Positions 36,558 through 44,249 of a DNA stretch of 64,000 bases are shown here, one piece after another (within the stretch, counting starts at the first letter, position 1; every line of letters starts with the position of its first letter). Below the pieces are notes generated by a model, which was not told where the DNA came from, searched no databases, and worked only from the letters and a program-made list of their open reading frames with translations. The translations under genes were made by a program, and so were the position numbers. Source of the DNA: Thermoplasmata archaeon (GTDB lineage Archaea; Thermoplasmatota; SW-10-69-26; JACQPN01; JAJPHT01); contig JAXDQU010000050.1 in NCBI GenBank assembly GCA_034667685.1, positions 35,964 to 99,963 on the forward strand, in the 5' to 3' direction.

Positions 36558-37675
36558 TCGTCGTTGATATCACGATCAAGACGCTCAAGGAGGCGGTGCG
36601 CCAGCCGCGCAACCTCGCGCTGACATTGGGGCTTCCGCTCGCGTTCATGGTCATCTTCGGACTCGCCTTCGGGGGCGCCAGCACGACGACGTACAAGGTC
36701 GCCGTGGTCAACGAGGACGCCGGCGCGGCGGGCGCGCAGTACGTCGCGCGCATGGCCGACCCCAAGTACGAAAGCGGGAAGCCGATGCTCGACGCGAGAA
36801 GCTATCACGACGAGGCCTCCGCGCGCGGCGCGCTGCAATCGCGCGACGTCGACCTCGTGGCGATCCTGCCCGCGGGCTTCAGCGCGGACCTCGGCGCGCA
36901 GGCCGCGAAGGTGACGCTCGTGGGCGACCCGGGCTCCGCCGCGAGCAATGCCGCGCGCTCCGTCATGGACGCGTACACGCAGCGCTTCGCCGCGCAGGCC
37001 TCGGGGCGCCCGCCCCCCATCGCGCTCGACGAGCAGGTCGTGACGCACCGGGAGACGACGCAGTTCGACGTCATCGCGCCCGGCCTCATGGTCTACGCGG
37101 TGCTCGCGCTGGCGCCACAGGCCGCGGGCGTGCTGGCGCGCGAGACGGAGCTGAAGACGCTCGACCGCATCCGCCTCTCGCCCACCCGCGCGCTCTCGCT
37201 GCTCGCGGGCGTCGCGCTCGCCGAGCTCGTCCTCGCCGTCGTCAGCCTCTCGCTCATGATGGTCGCGGCGCGCGCGATGGGCTTCCACGCGCAGGGCTCG
37301 TGGCCCGCCGCGCTGGCGATCGCGCTCGTGGCGGCGCTCGCCGTGCTGGGCATCGGCCTGCTCATCGCGAGCTTCGCCCGGACGCAGCAGGAGGCCGCGA
37401 ACCTCGGCGTGCTGGTCAGCGTGCCGGCGAGCTTCCTCTCGGGCGCGTTCTTCGCCGTGCCGGGCGCGACGCTCTTCCGCGTGGGCGGCCACGCGATCGG
37501 CGCGTACGACGCGCTCCCCACGACGCACGCCGTCGCCGCGCTGCGCCAGGTGCTCACGTTCGGAAGGCCGCTCGCGGACCAGGCGTGGGCGCTCTCCGTC
37601 ATGGCGGTCCTCGCGCTGCTCTACTTCGCGGGCGGCGTCCTCCTCTACCGCCGGGCGCGCCTCGCGCCGGAGTGA
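36554..37675 (+). CDS. ABC-2 type exporter permease
   Basis: ATGA overlap with the ATPase; one TM, an extracellular loop, then five TMs; FLSGAFF and LPTTHA motifs. Confidence 0.92.
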   Translation: MIVVDITIKTLKEAVRQPRNLALTLGLPLAFMVIFGLAFGGASTTTYKVAVVNEDAGAAGAQYVARMADPKYESGKPMLDARSYHDEASARGALQSRDVDLVAILPAGFSADLGAQAAKVTLVGDPGSAASNAARSVMDAYTQRFAAQASGRPPPIALDEQVVTHRETTQFDVIAPGLMVYAVLALAPQAAGVLARETELKTLDRIRLSPTRALSLLAGVALAELVLAVVSLSLMMVAARAMGFHAQGSWPAALAIALVAALAVLGIGLLIASFARTQQEAANLGVLVSVPASFLSGAFFAVPGATLFRVGGHAIGAYDALPTTHAVAALRQVLTFGRPLADQAWALSVMAVLALLYFAGGVLLYRRARLAPE

Positions 37676-37707
37676 GGCTCAAGGGGCGTCGCGCCGTGCC
37701 GGACCCC

Positions 37708-38292
37708 GTGAAGAAGGACCTGGAGCCGATCCTCGAAGCCATCCGCGAGGTCGAGACCAGCCTCGCGTGCCGCGCGAGCCGGCAGGGCGGCGCGCTGATG
37801 GTCATGGGGGGCGTGATCGCCGCGCTCATCGCCGCGTTCTACCAGCTCGTCGTCTGGAATCCGGCGCCCTACCGCGCCGCGCTCGGCCCGCTCCTGGGCT
37901 GGGCGTGGCTGGCGCCGATGGCGGTGGGCTACGCGGCGGGGATCGTCGCGGGCGTGCGCCTCCAGCGCGCGGGCGGGAGCCGCCGCGAGGCGATCCTCGA
38001 CGCCTCGCCCGGCGTGCTCTCGGGCCTCATCGCGGCGCTCCTCTCGGCGACCGGCGCGTGGACCCACATTCCCGGCGCGCTGCTCGTGGGGTTCGGCGTC
38101 TCGCTCGCGCTGCGCGTGCGGCACGCCCGGCCGCTCATGCGCACGCCCTCCTGGGCGCTCGCGGCGCTCAGCGCGGTGGCGGGGCTCGCGCTGCTCGTGG
38201 CGCCCGTCGCGTGGAGCTGGCTCGTGATGGGGCTCCTGGTGGGCGGGAGCCTCGTGGCGCTCGGACGGCTGCGGATGGCGCTCGCCGGGTGA
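37708..38292 (+). CDS. Multi-pass membrane protein, ~194 aa
   Basis: About six hydrophobic segments. The start is inferred at GTG 37708 (alternative 37696). Paired with the downstream wHTH. Confidence 0.75.
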   Translation: MKKDLEPILEAIREVETSLACRASRQGGALMVMGGVIAALIAAFYQLVVWNPAPYRAALGPLLGWAWLAPMAVGYAAGIVAGVRLQRAGGSRREAILDASPGVLSGLIAALLSATGAWTHIPGALLVGFGVSLALRVRHARPLMRTPSWALAALSAVAGLALLVAPVAWSWLVMGLLVGGSLVALGRLRMALAG

Positions 38293-38298
38293 GCCCGC

Positions 38299-38610
38299 GT
38301 GCCGCCACCCGAGCCCGAGTTCGATCCCGTCATCCACGCGCCAGCGCGGCTGAAGCTCATGATGATCCTCGCGCGCATGCCCGTCGCCACGTTCAACCAG
38401 ATGGCGCAGGACGCGAGCCTCACGGCGGGCAACCTCGCCGCGCACCTGAAGGCGCTGGAGACCGCCGGCTACGTGCGGAGCGCGCGGGGCCTGATCGACC
38501 TGAAGCCGCGCGTCCGATATCAGATCACGGAGCGGGGGCGCGAGGCGCTGGTGCGCTACTGCGCGGCGCTGCGCGAGGCGGTCACGCGGATCGAGGACGC
38601 GGTGCGCTGA
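38299..38610 (+). CDS. Winged-HTH transcriptional regulator (HTH_34/ArsR-MarR-like)
   Basis: FDPVIHAPARL...TAGNLAAHLKALETAGYV...YQITERG. Confidence 0.9.
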   Translation: MPPPEPEFDPVIHAPARLKLMMILARMPVATFNQMAQDASLTAGNLAAHLKALETAGYVRSARGLIDLKPRVRYQITERGREALVRYCAALREAVTRIEDAVR

Positions 38611-38613
38611 ATG

Positions 38614-38859
38614 CTATCGCATCGGCCGGCGCATGCGGAAGGGCGCGCGGCGGCCGCGGCGGCCCACGCCCTGGATGACGGCGCGCTTGTGCTTGCACAT
38701 CTTCCCGTAGAGCGAGGCCTCGCAGAGGCACGAGAGGCGCCCCTGGCCCGGGTCGTGCAGGTCCACGAGCAGCTCGTGGGTCAGGCCGGGACGGCTCTCG
38801 CTGTCGAAGACGAACCGGTGGAGCCCGGGGCCCAACGTCTCGTGCCGGTAGCGGAGCAC
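38614..38859 (-). CDS. Small SWIM zinc-finger protein, ~81 aa
   Basis: CxC-x8-CxH (SCLCEASLYGKMCKH). Start is GTG 38859, 30 nt from the TATA-like TTCAAG, or GTG 38913. Confidence 0.7.
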   Translation of the reverse strand: MLRYRHETLGPGLHRFVFDSESRPGLTHELLVDLHDPGQGRLSCLCEASLYGKMCKHKRAVIQGVGRRGRRAPFRMRRPMR

Positions 38860-38909
38860 GAGAACGAGTAGGGTTTTTCTCGACTTGAAGGTGGGGTTCC
38901 GGTGGGGGT

Positions 38910-39512
38910 TCACCGAATGCGCAGGAGCGTCCCGGCCACCGTGAAATCCTGCTGGAGCGAGGCGTGGGGGGTGCTTTCCCAATCCTGGCCGGCGGTGCTG
39001 GACGTGACGCGGGCGAAGAGCGATTCGGCGAGGCGGTCGTTCGTCAAATCCGCGTGGAGGTGGATCGACTGCGGGTTGGCCCCGACGTCCGCCAGCGTCG
39101 CGCCGCCCGAGGCGCGGGCCAGGACCGGGGGCCCCGATCCGCAGCCGCCGGCCTGGCCGCACGTGATCAGCGAGAGCTGGAGCCCCGTGGCCGCCTGGCT
39201 GGAGGGCGTCCAGTTGAGCCAGAGGTCGACGGGCCCCGCGCCCGGCGCCGGGGCGAGGCGGACGTCGGTCCATTGCTGGCCCACGCCGTCCTGGCATCCC
39301 GTGACGGGGAAGAGGCAGTAGCCCGCGTCCATCGCCAGCGTGCCCGGGAACGGACCGAGGCGCTCGACGCCCGGCGAAGGGGCCGCGCTTTCCCCCGTGG
39401 AGGCGGGCGGAAGCGGGTCGTCCGTCGCGGTCGGGCCCGGCGCGAGCAGCAGCGTGGCGAGGAACGCGCCCACGACAAGGGCCACGATGGCCAGGATCCA
39501 CTGCGCTCGCAC
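38910..39512 (-). CDS. Membrane-anchored/secreted hypothetical protein, 200 aa
   Basis: N-terminal hydrophobic helix, Pro-rich linker, beta domain with two Cys pairs. Confidence 0.75.
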   Translation of the reverse strand: MRAQWILAIVALVVGAFLATLLLAPGPTATDDPLPPASTGESAAPSPGVERLGPFPGTLAMDAGYCLFPVTGCQDGVGQQWTDVRLAPAPGAGPVDLWLNWTPSSQAATGLQLSLITCGQAGGCGSGPPVLARASGGATLADVGANPQSIHLHADLTNDRLAESLFARVTSSTAGQDWESTPHASLQQDFTVAGTLLRIR

Positions 39513-39545
39513 GATCCCGCAGGGGGGAACCCCGAGAAAACCCTT

Positions 39546-39893
39546 TCAGCGCGGCGTCAGCGTCTCGACCATCGGCCACGCCGCGAGGCGCCAGAAGGTC
39601 CAGCCGCCCACCTGCTCGGGCGTCACGATCCGCGCGTCCTCCAGCACGCGCAGGTGGTGCGAGAGCGTCGAGGAGGCGATGCCCAGCGCGGCCTCCAGCT
39701 CGGTCGTCGCGAGCGGGCCGTGCCGCCGCAAGAGCTCGCCCACGAGGAAGCGGTTCGGGTCGCCCAGGGCGCGGAACATGGCGAGGCGGAGCTGCGCGAA
39801 GTCGTCGGCCGCGACCTCCTCCGCCGCGGCGTGCGGGTCGGGCAGGCGGGCGCCCCCGGCCTCGCGGAGGCGGGCGTAGCGGGCCGGGTCCAT
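39546..39893 (-). CDS. ArsR/SmtB family regulator
   Basis: FRALGDPNR...STLSHHLRVLEDARIV. Confidence 0.88.
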   Translation of the reverse strand: MDPARYARLREAGGARLPDPHAAAEEVAADDFAQLRLAMFRALGDPNRFLVGELLRRHGPLATTELEAALGIASSTLSHHLRVLEDARIVTPEQVGGWTFWRLAAWPMVETLTPR

Positions 39894-39989
39894 CTCGACG
39901 GCGATCGAAATGGGCTCATATAGCTCCGTCGCAAAGGATTATCTGGGGCCCCCGCCTTCGGCGGCCGTTCCCCCACGGGAGGAATCCTT

Positions 39990-40739
39990 CTGGCAAAGAC
40001 GAAGCCCGGCCGTCTCTACAAGCAGATCAAGTCCCAGTCCTACACCCGCCGCGAGTACATGGGCGGCGTCCCCGGCAGCCGCATCACCCAGTTCGACCTG
40101 GGCGACAAGAACGGCGCCTTCAACGTCAAGGTCAGCCTCGTCGCGGAGGAGCGCTGCGCGATCATCCACAACGCGCTCGAGTCCGCGCGTGTGGCGGCGA
40201 ACCGCGTCCTGATCAAGAACTGTGGCTCGGCCGGCTACCACCTCAAGGTGCGCGTCTACCCCCACGAGGTCCTGCGCGAGAACAAGCAGGCCTCCGGCGC
40301 CGGTGCTGACCGCGTCTCGCAGGGCATGCGCCAGTCGTTCGGCAAGGCGGTCGGCACGGCCGCGCGCGTCGACGTCGAGCAGCCCATCATGACCGTCCGC
40401 GTCACGCCCGAGCGCTTCCAGTTCGTGAAGGAGGCGTTCCGCAAGGCGAACACCAAGCTCCCGATCCCCACCCGCCTCGTCATCGAAGAGGGCGAGGAAG
40501 AGGTCAAGAAGTTCATCGCCTCGGGCATCAAGGTCAAGGTCGTCGCCATCGGCAGCACGGGCGAGGCCGAGGCCAAGGCCGCCAAGGAGGCCGCGAAGGC
40601 CGCCGCCGGCGCCGCCGCGCCCGCCGAGGGCGAGGCCAAGGAAGGCGAGAAGGCCGCCGAGGGCAAGGACGCGAAGGCGCCCGCGAAGGGTGCCGCGCCC
40701 GCCAAGGCGGACGACAAGGCCAAGGGCGGCAAGAAGTAG
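39990..40739 (+). CDS. rpl10e: 50S ribosomal protein uL16 (L10e), apparent CTG start, Ala/Lys/Glu-rich C-terminal tail
   Basis: KPGRLY...YTRREYMGGVP, ALESARVAANR, RVYPHEVLRENK, GAGADRVSQGMR.SFGK; GGAGG lies 7 nt before the CTG at 39990. Confidence 0.95.
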   Translation: MAKTKPGRLYKQIKSQSYTRREYMGGVPGSRITQFDLGDKNGAFNVKVSLVAEERCAIIHNALESARVAANRVLIKNCGSAGYHLKVRVYPHEVLRENKQASGAGADRVSQGMRQSFGKAVGTAARVDVEQPIMTVRVTPERFQFVKEAFRKANTKLPIPTRLVIEEGEEEVKKFIASGIKVKVVAIGSTGEAEAKAAKEAAKAAAGAAAPAEGEAKEGEKAAEGKDAKAPAKGAAPAKADDKAKGGKK

Positions 40740-40753
40740 GCCCGCTCCTCCAC

Positions 40754-40790
40754 GGGGGCTTCGTGCCCCCTTTTCTTTTCATTTCTCTTG
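40754..40790 (+). terminator. Putative rpl10e terminator
   Basis: GGGGGC/GCCCCC hairpin followed by TTTTCTTTTCATTTCTCTT. Confidence 0.65.
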
Positions 40791-40804
40791 TGGTCCAGCG
40801 AGCG

Positions 40805-40885
40805 CCAGCCACAGAGGACACAGAGGTTCACGGAGGACCGAGTTTCCTCGTCGCCTCTGTGGACCTCTGTGTCCTCTGTGGCTGG
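40805..40885. repeat. Palindromic element with CACAGAGG subunits
   Basis: 32-bp inverted arms with 2 mismatches. Confidence 0.9.
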
Positions 40886-40963
40886 AGGTGAAACCGGGCG
40901 ATGTGACGTCCCACGTCACGTCAAGACGACACCCTTTTGCGCCAGCCTGCCTGAGCCCCCTCC

Positions 40964-41404
40964 ATCACCCACGACCTCTTCCTCCCGAGCGACCTGCGCG
41001 AGTTCCAGCAGGAGCTTGCCGGCCGCCTCGCCACGGTCGACGAGCCGGGGCCCGAGGTCAAGGCGCTGCGGGAGAAGTACGGCTTCACGCAAGACCTCCT
41101 CGCGCGCCTGCTGGGCCTGCGCCGGGAGAGCCTGAGCCGGATCGAGTCGGGCCGGGTCGCCCTGACGCTCCCGATCCTCCAGCGCCTCGTGCGCGTCCTC
41201 ACGCTCGCGCGCGGCGTCCGCGAGCACCTGGCCTACGCGGAGGCGCGCGGGAACCTCCCCGACGAGCGCCGGCTCGACATGTTCGCCCAATCGCTCAGGC
41301 TGGAGAAGGAGGCCGCCGACGAGGTCGTGCTCCTCTCCATGATGGCCTACGACAAGAAGCGCAAGGAGGCCATTCGCGCGTTGCCCGGGAGGGCCATCCT
41401 GTGA
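40964..41404 (+). CDS. XRE-type HTH transcriptional regulator (COG1709-N-like), ~146 aa, apparent ATC start
   Basis: In-frame translation after TGA 40952: ITHDLFLPSDLREFQQELAGRLATVDEPGPEVKALREKYGFTQDLLARLLGLRRESLSRIESGR. There is no ATG/GTG/TTG before the HTH. Confidence 0.8.
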   Translation: MTHDLFLPSDLREFQQELAGRLATVDEPGPEVKALREKYGFTQDLLARLLGLRRESLSRIESGRVALTLPILQRLVRVLTLARGVREHLAYAEARGNLPDERRLDMFAQSLRLEKEAADEVVLLSMMAYDKKRKEAIRALPGRAIL

Positions 41405-41410
41405 CGCGGC

Positions 41411-41556
41411 GAGGGCGAGTCTCCATCCCAAGGTCGTTTGCCCGCGCTCCCTTCCCAACACCGAGAATCCCGGAATCCGCGGATGCTCGGATTCTCGGTC
41501 TCAGGAAAGGAGCGCCACCAAGACAACCACCAGGCGGGGGCTCGCCCTTGCCCTTC
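41411..41556. repeat. Nested palindromic element, family A copy 1
   Basis: Inner hairpin 41445-41514 centred on ATCCGCGGAT; outer GAGGGCGAG/CTCGCCCTT; homologous to the reverse complement of 54913-55080. Confidence 0.85.
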
Positions 41557-41608
41557 AGCAGGCGAAGCGCATTTCCCCTTCACCCCGTATCGCGGAGCAT
41601 CTGATCGC

Positions 41609-43912
41609 ATGAACGCCAAGTCGCATTCCGAAGTCGTGTGGGCGCAGAACATCGGCAAGGACGACATCCCGCTCGTGGGCGGCAAGGGGGCGAACCTGGG
41701 CGAGATGATCGGCATCGGGCTGCCGGTGCCGCCCGCGTTCGTCGTCTCCGCGCCCGCGTTCCACCGCTTCCTCACCGAGTCGGGCGCCGCGGCCAAGGTG
41801 TTCGGCGACCTGGCGAAGCTCGACGTCGAGGACAGCAAGGCGCTGCGCGAGGCCAGCGAGCGCGCCCGCGAGGTCGTGCTCAAGACGAAGCTCCCCGCCG
41901 CGCTGGAGACGCAGATCCGCGAGGCGTACCGATCGCTCGCCAAGTCCGAAGGCGGCAAGGAGCCGCTCGTGGCCGTGCGCAGCAGCGCGACCGCCGAGGA
42001 CCTGCCCGAGGCCTCCTTCGCGGGCCAGCAGGATACGTACCTCAACATCCGCGGCGAGGATGCGCTCCTGGAGCACGTGCAGCGCTGCTGGGCCTCGCTC
42101 TATACGCCGCGCGCCATCTACTACCGCGTCAAGCACAAGTTCCCGCACGAGAAGGTCGCCATCGCCGTCGTCGTGCAGATCATGGTCGATGCGGCCAAGG
42201 CCGGCGTCATGTTCACGAAGCACCCGACCACCGGCGCTGACATCAGCCTGATCGAGGCCGCGTGGGGGCTGGGCGAAGGCGTCGTGAGCGGCAACGTCAC
42301 GCCCGACACCTACGAGGTCGGCCCGGACGGCAAGCCGATGACGGTGCGCGTCGCCTCGAAGGAGACCATGTACGTCCGCGGCAAGGCCGACAGGACCGTC
42401 GTCGAGCCCGTGCCCGCCAACAAGAAGCAGGCGCGCGTGCTATCAGATGAGGAGCTGAAGCTGCTCCACAACCTCGGCCGCGCGATCGAGAAGCACTACG
42501 GCTCGCCCCAGGACATCGAGTGGGCCATCAGCCAGACCGGCACGCTCAACGTCCTCCAGGCGCGGCCCGTCACGACCCTCAAGGGGAAGCCCGCTTCCTC
42601 TTCCGCTTCCTCTTCCGGCGGCGCCTCTTTGCTATCAGGGCTGGGCGCCTCGCCCGGCGTCGCGGTGGGCAAGGTCGCCATCATCAGCAACGTCGACCAC
42701 CTGGAGAAGGTGCAGGCGGGCGACATCCTCGTCACGCAGATGACGATGCCCGACATGGTGCCCGCGATGAAGCGCGCGGCCGCGATCGTGACGGACGAAG
42801 GCGGGATGACGTGCCACGCGGCGATTGTTAGCCGCGAACTGGGCGTGCCCGCGGTCGTGGGCACGAAGCAGGCCACGAAGCTGCTCAAGGACGGCATGCT
42901 CGTGACCGTGGACGGCGAGAAGGGCACCGTCACCGAAGGCGGCGCGAAGCCGCAGGCCGCGGCGCCGGGCGCCATGCCGGAGCGCCCCATGCCCAAGGTG
43001 GGCGCGTCGAAGCCCGTCACCGCCACCCAGGTGAAGGTCAACATCAGCATGCCCGAGGCCATCGAGCGCGCGCTCGCCACCGATCCGGACGGCGTCGGGC
43101 TGCTGCGCATCGAGCACATCGTCCTGGGCCTCGGCAAGCACCCGCTGACGTTCCTGCGCGGCGGCAAGGAGGACGAGTACGTCGACTACCTCGTGAAGTC
43201 CATCAAGGTCGTCGCGGAGCCGATGTACCCGCGCAGCGTGTGGGTGCGCACGCTCGACGCGCCCACCGACGAGTTCCGCCAGATGGAGGGCGGGCAGGAC
43301 GAGCCGCACGAGCACAACCCGATGCTGGGCTGGCGCGGCATCCGGCGCGGCCTGGAGCAGCAGGAGCTCCTGCGCGCCGAGTTCAAGGCGATCCGCAAGC
43401 TGCTCGACCAGGGGCTCACCAACGTGGGCATCATGCTGCCGCTCGTGCAGCACCCCGACGAGATCCGCCAGGCGAAGCAGGTCGCGCGCGAGTGCGGCAT
43501 CGAGCCCCACAAGGACTGCGAGTTCGGCATCATGATCGAGATCCCCGCCGCGGCGCTCGTCATCGATAGCTTGCTCGACGAGGGGCTCGACTTCGTGAGC
43601 TTCGGCACCAACGACCTCACGCAGTACACGCTCGCGGTGGACCGCAACAACGAGAACGTGGCGCGCCACTACAACGAGTTCCATCCCGCGGTGGGCAAGC
43701 TCATCGAGATGAGCATCAAGGCGGCCCGCGCGCGCGGCGTGCAGACCTCGATCTGCGGCCAGGCCGGCAGCAACCCGAAGTTCGTCGAGAAGCTCATCGG
43801 CTGGGGCATCACCAGCGTGTCGGCCAACATCGATGCGCTTGCGAAGGTGCGCGAGACGATCGCGCGCACGGAGCAGCGCATGCTCCTCGACGCGGCGCGG
43901 GGCGGCAAGTAG
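41609..43912 (+). CDS. ppsA: Phosphoenolpyruvate synthase
   Basis: GGKGANLGE, VRSSA, SFAGQ, phospho-His motif TCHAAIVSRELG, SFGTNDLTQ, SICGQ. Confidence 0.97.
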   Translation: MNAKSHSEVVWAQNIGKDDIPLVGGKGANLGEMIGIGLPVPPAFVVSAPAFHRFLTESGAAAKVFGDLAKLDVEDSKALREASERAREVVLKTKLPAALETQIREAYRSLAKSEGGKEPLVAVRSSATAEDLPEASFAGQQDTYLNIRGEDALLEHVQRCWASLYTPRAIYYRVKHKFPHEKVAIAVVVQIMVDAAKAGVMFTKHPTTGADISLIEAAWGLGEGVVSGNVTPDTYEVGPDGKPMTVRVASKETMYVRGKADRTVVEPVPANKKQARVLSDEELKLLHNLGRAIEKHYGSPQDIEWAISQTGTLNVLQARPVTTLKGKPASSSASSSGGASLLSGLGASPGVAVGKVAIISNVDHLEKVQAGDILVTQMTMPDMVPAMKRAAAIVTDEGGMTCHAAIVSRELGVPAVVGTKQATKLLKDGMLVTVDGEKGTVTEGGAKPQAAAPGAMPERPMPKVGASKPVTATQVKVNISMPEAIERALATDPDGVGLLRIEHIVLGLGKHPLTFLRGGKEDEYVDYLVKSIKVVAEPMYPRSVWVRTLDAPTDEFRQMEGGQDEPHEHNPMLGWRGIRRGLEQQELLRAEFKAIRKLLDQGLTNVGIMLPLVQHPDEIRQAKQVARECGIEPHKDCEFGIMIEIPAAALVIDSLLDEGLDFVSFGTNDLTQYTLAVDRNNENVARHYNEFHPAVGKLIEMSIKAARARGVQTSICGQAGSNPKFVEKLIGWGITSVSANIDALAKVRETIARTEQRMLLDAARGGK

Positions 43913-43933
43913 CGCCTCCGTCTGTGGGTTCGC

Positions 43934-44138
43934 GCCGCCTCCGGCGGGAAGACCCCCGCATCTCCGGATCTCGGAATCTCCGCGCGTGACCTGGGGAAGA
44001 AACCCGCGGACCCGAGAACCCGAGCAACCCGACTTTTGGAATCAGGTCGTCGGGTCCCCGGGTTCTCGGGTTTTCACCAGGGTCACGAAGCGGAGATTCC
44101 GAGATCCGGAGATTCCTTCCTTTCCACGCCGGAGGGCG
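43934..44138. repeat. Nested palindromic element, family B long copy
   Basis: Termini CCTCCGGCGGGAA/TTCCACGCCGGAGG; perfect 24-bp stem 43960-43983/44090-44113; internal GTGACC..GGTCAC and AACCCGAG-unit hairpin. Confidence 0.9.
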
Positions 44139-44249
44139 CCCAACACAGAGCCGCGACCGGGGAGCATCGCCCGCCGCTCTCGTGATCCTCTATTCGCGGC
44201 CCCAAACGCTCAAACCTGGTCCGGCCGTCCTCGCCACGGGAGGCAACCC

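Noticed and set aside
41438-41608. N-terminal extensions given by the track for ppsA, and likewise 43833, 59476, 32608 and 56352
   Set aside because: They translate palindromic repeats, promoter DNA or a neighbouring gene. SD position, signal peptides and homology point to the downstream starts.
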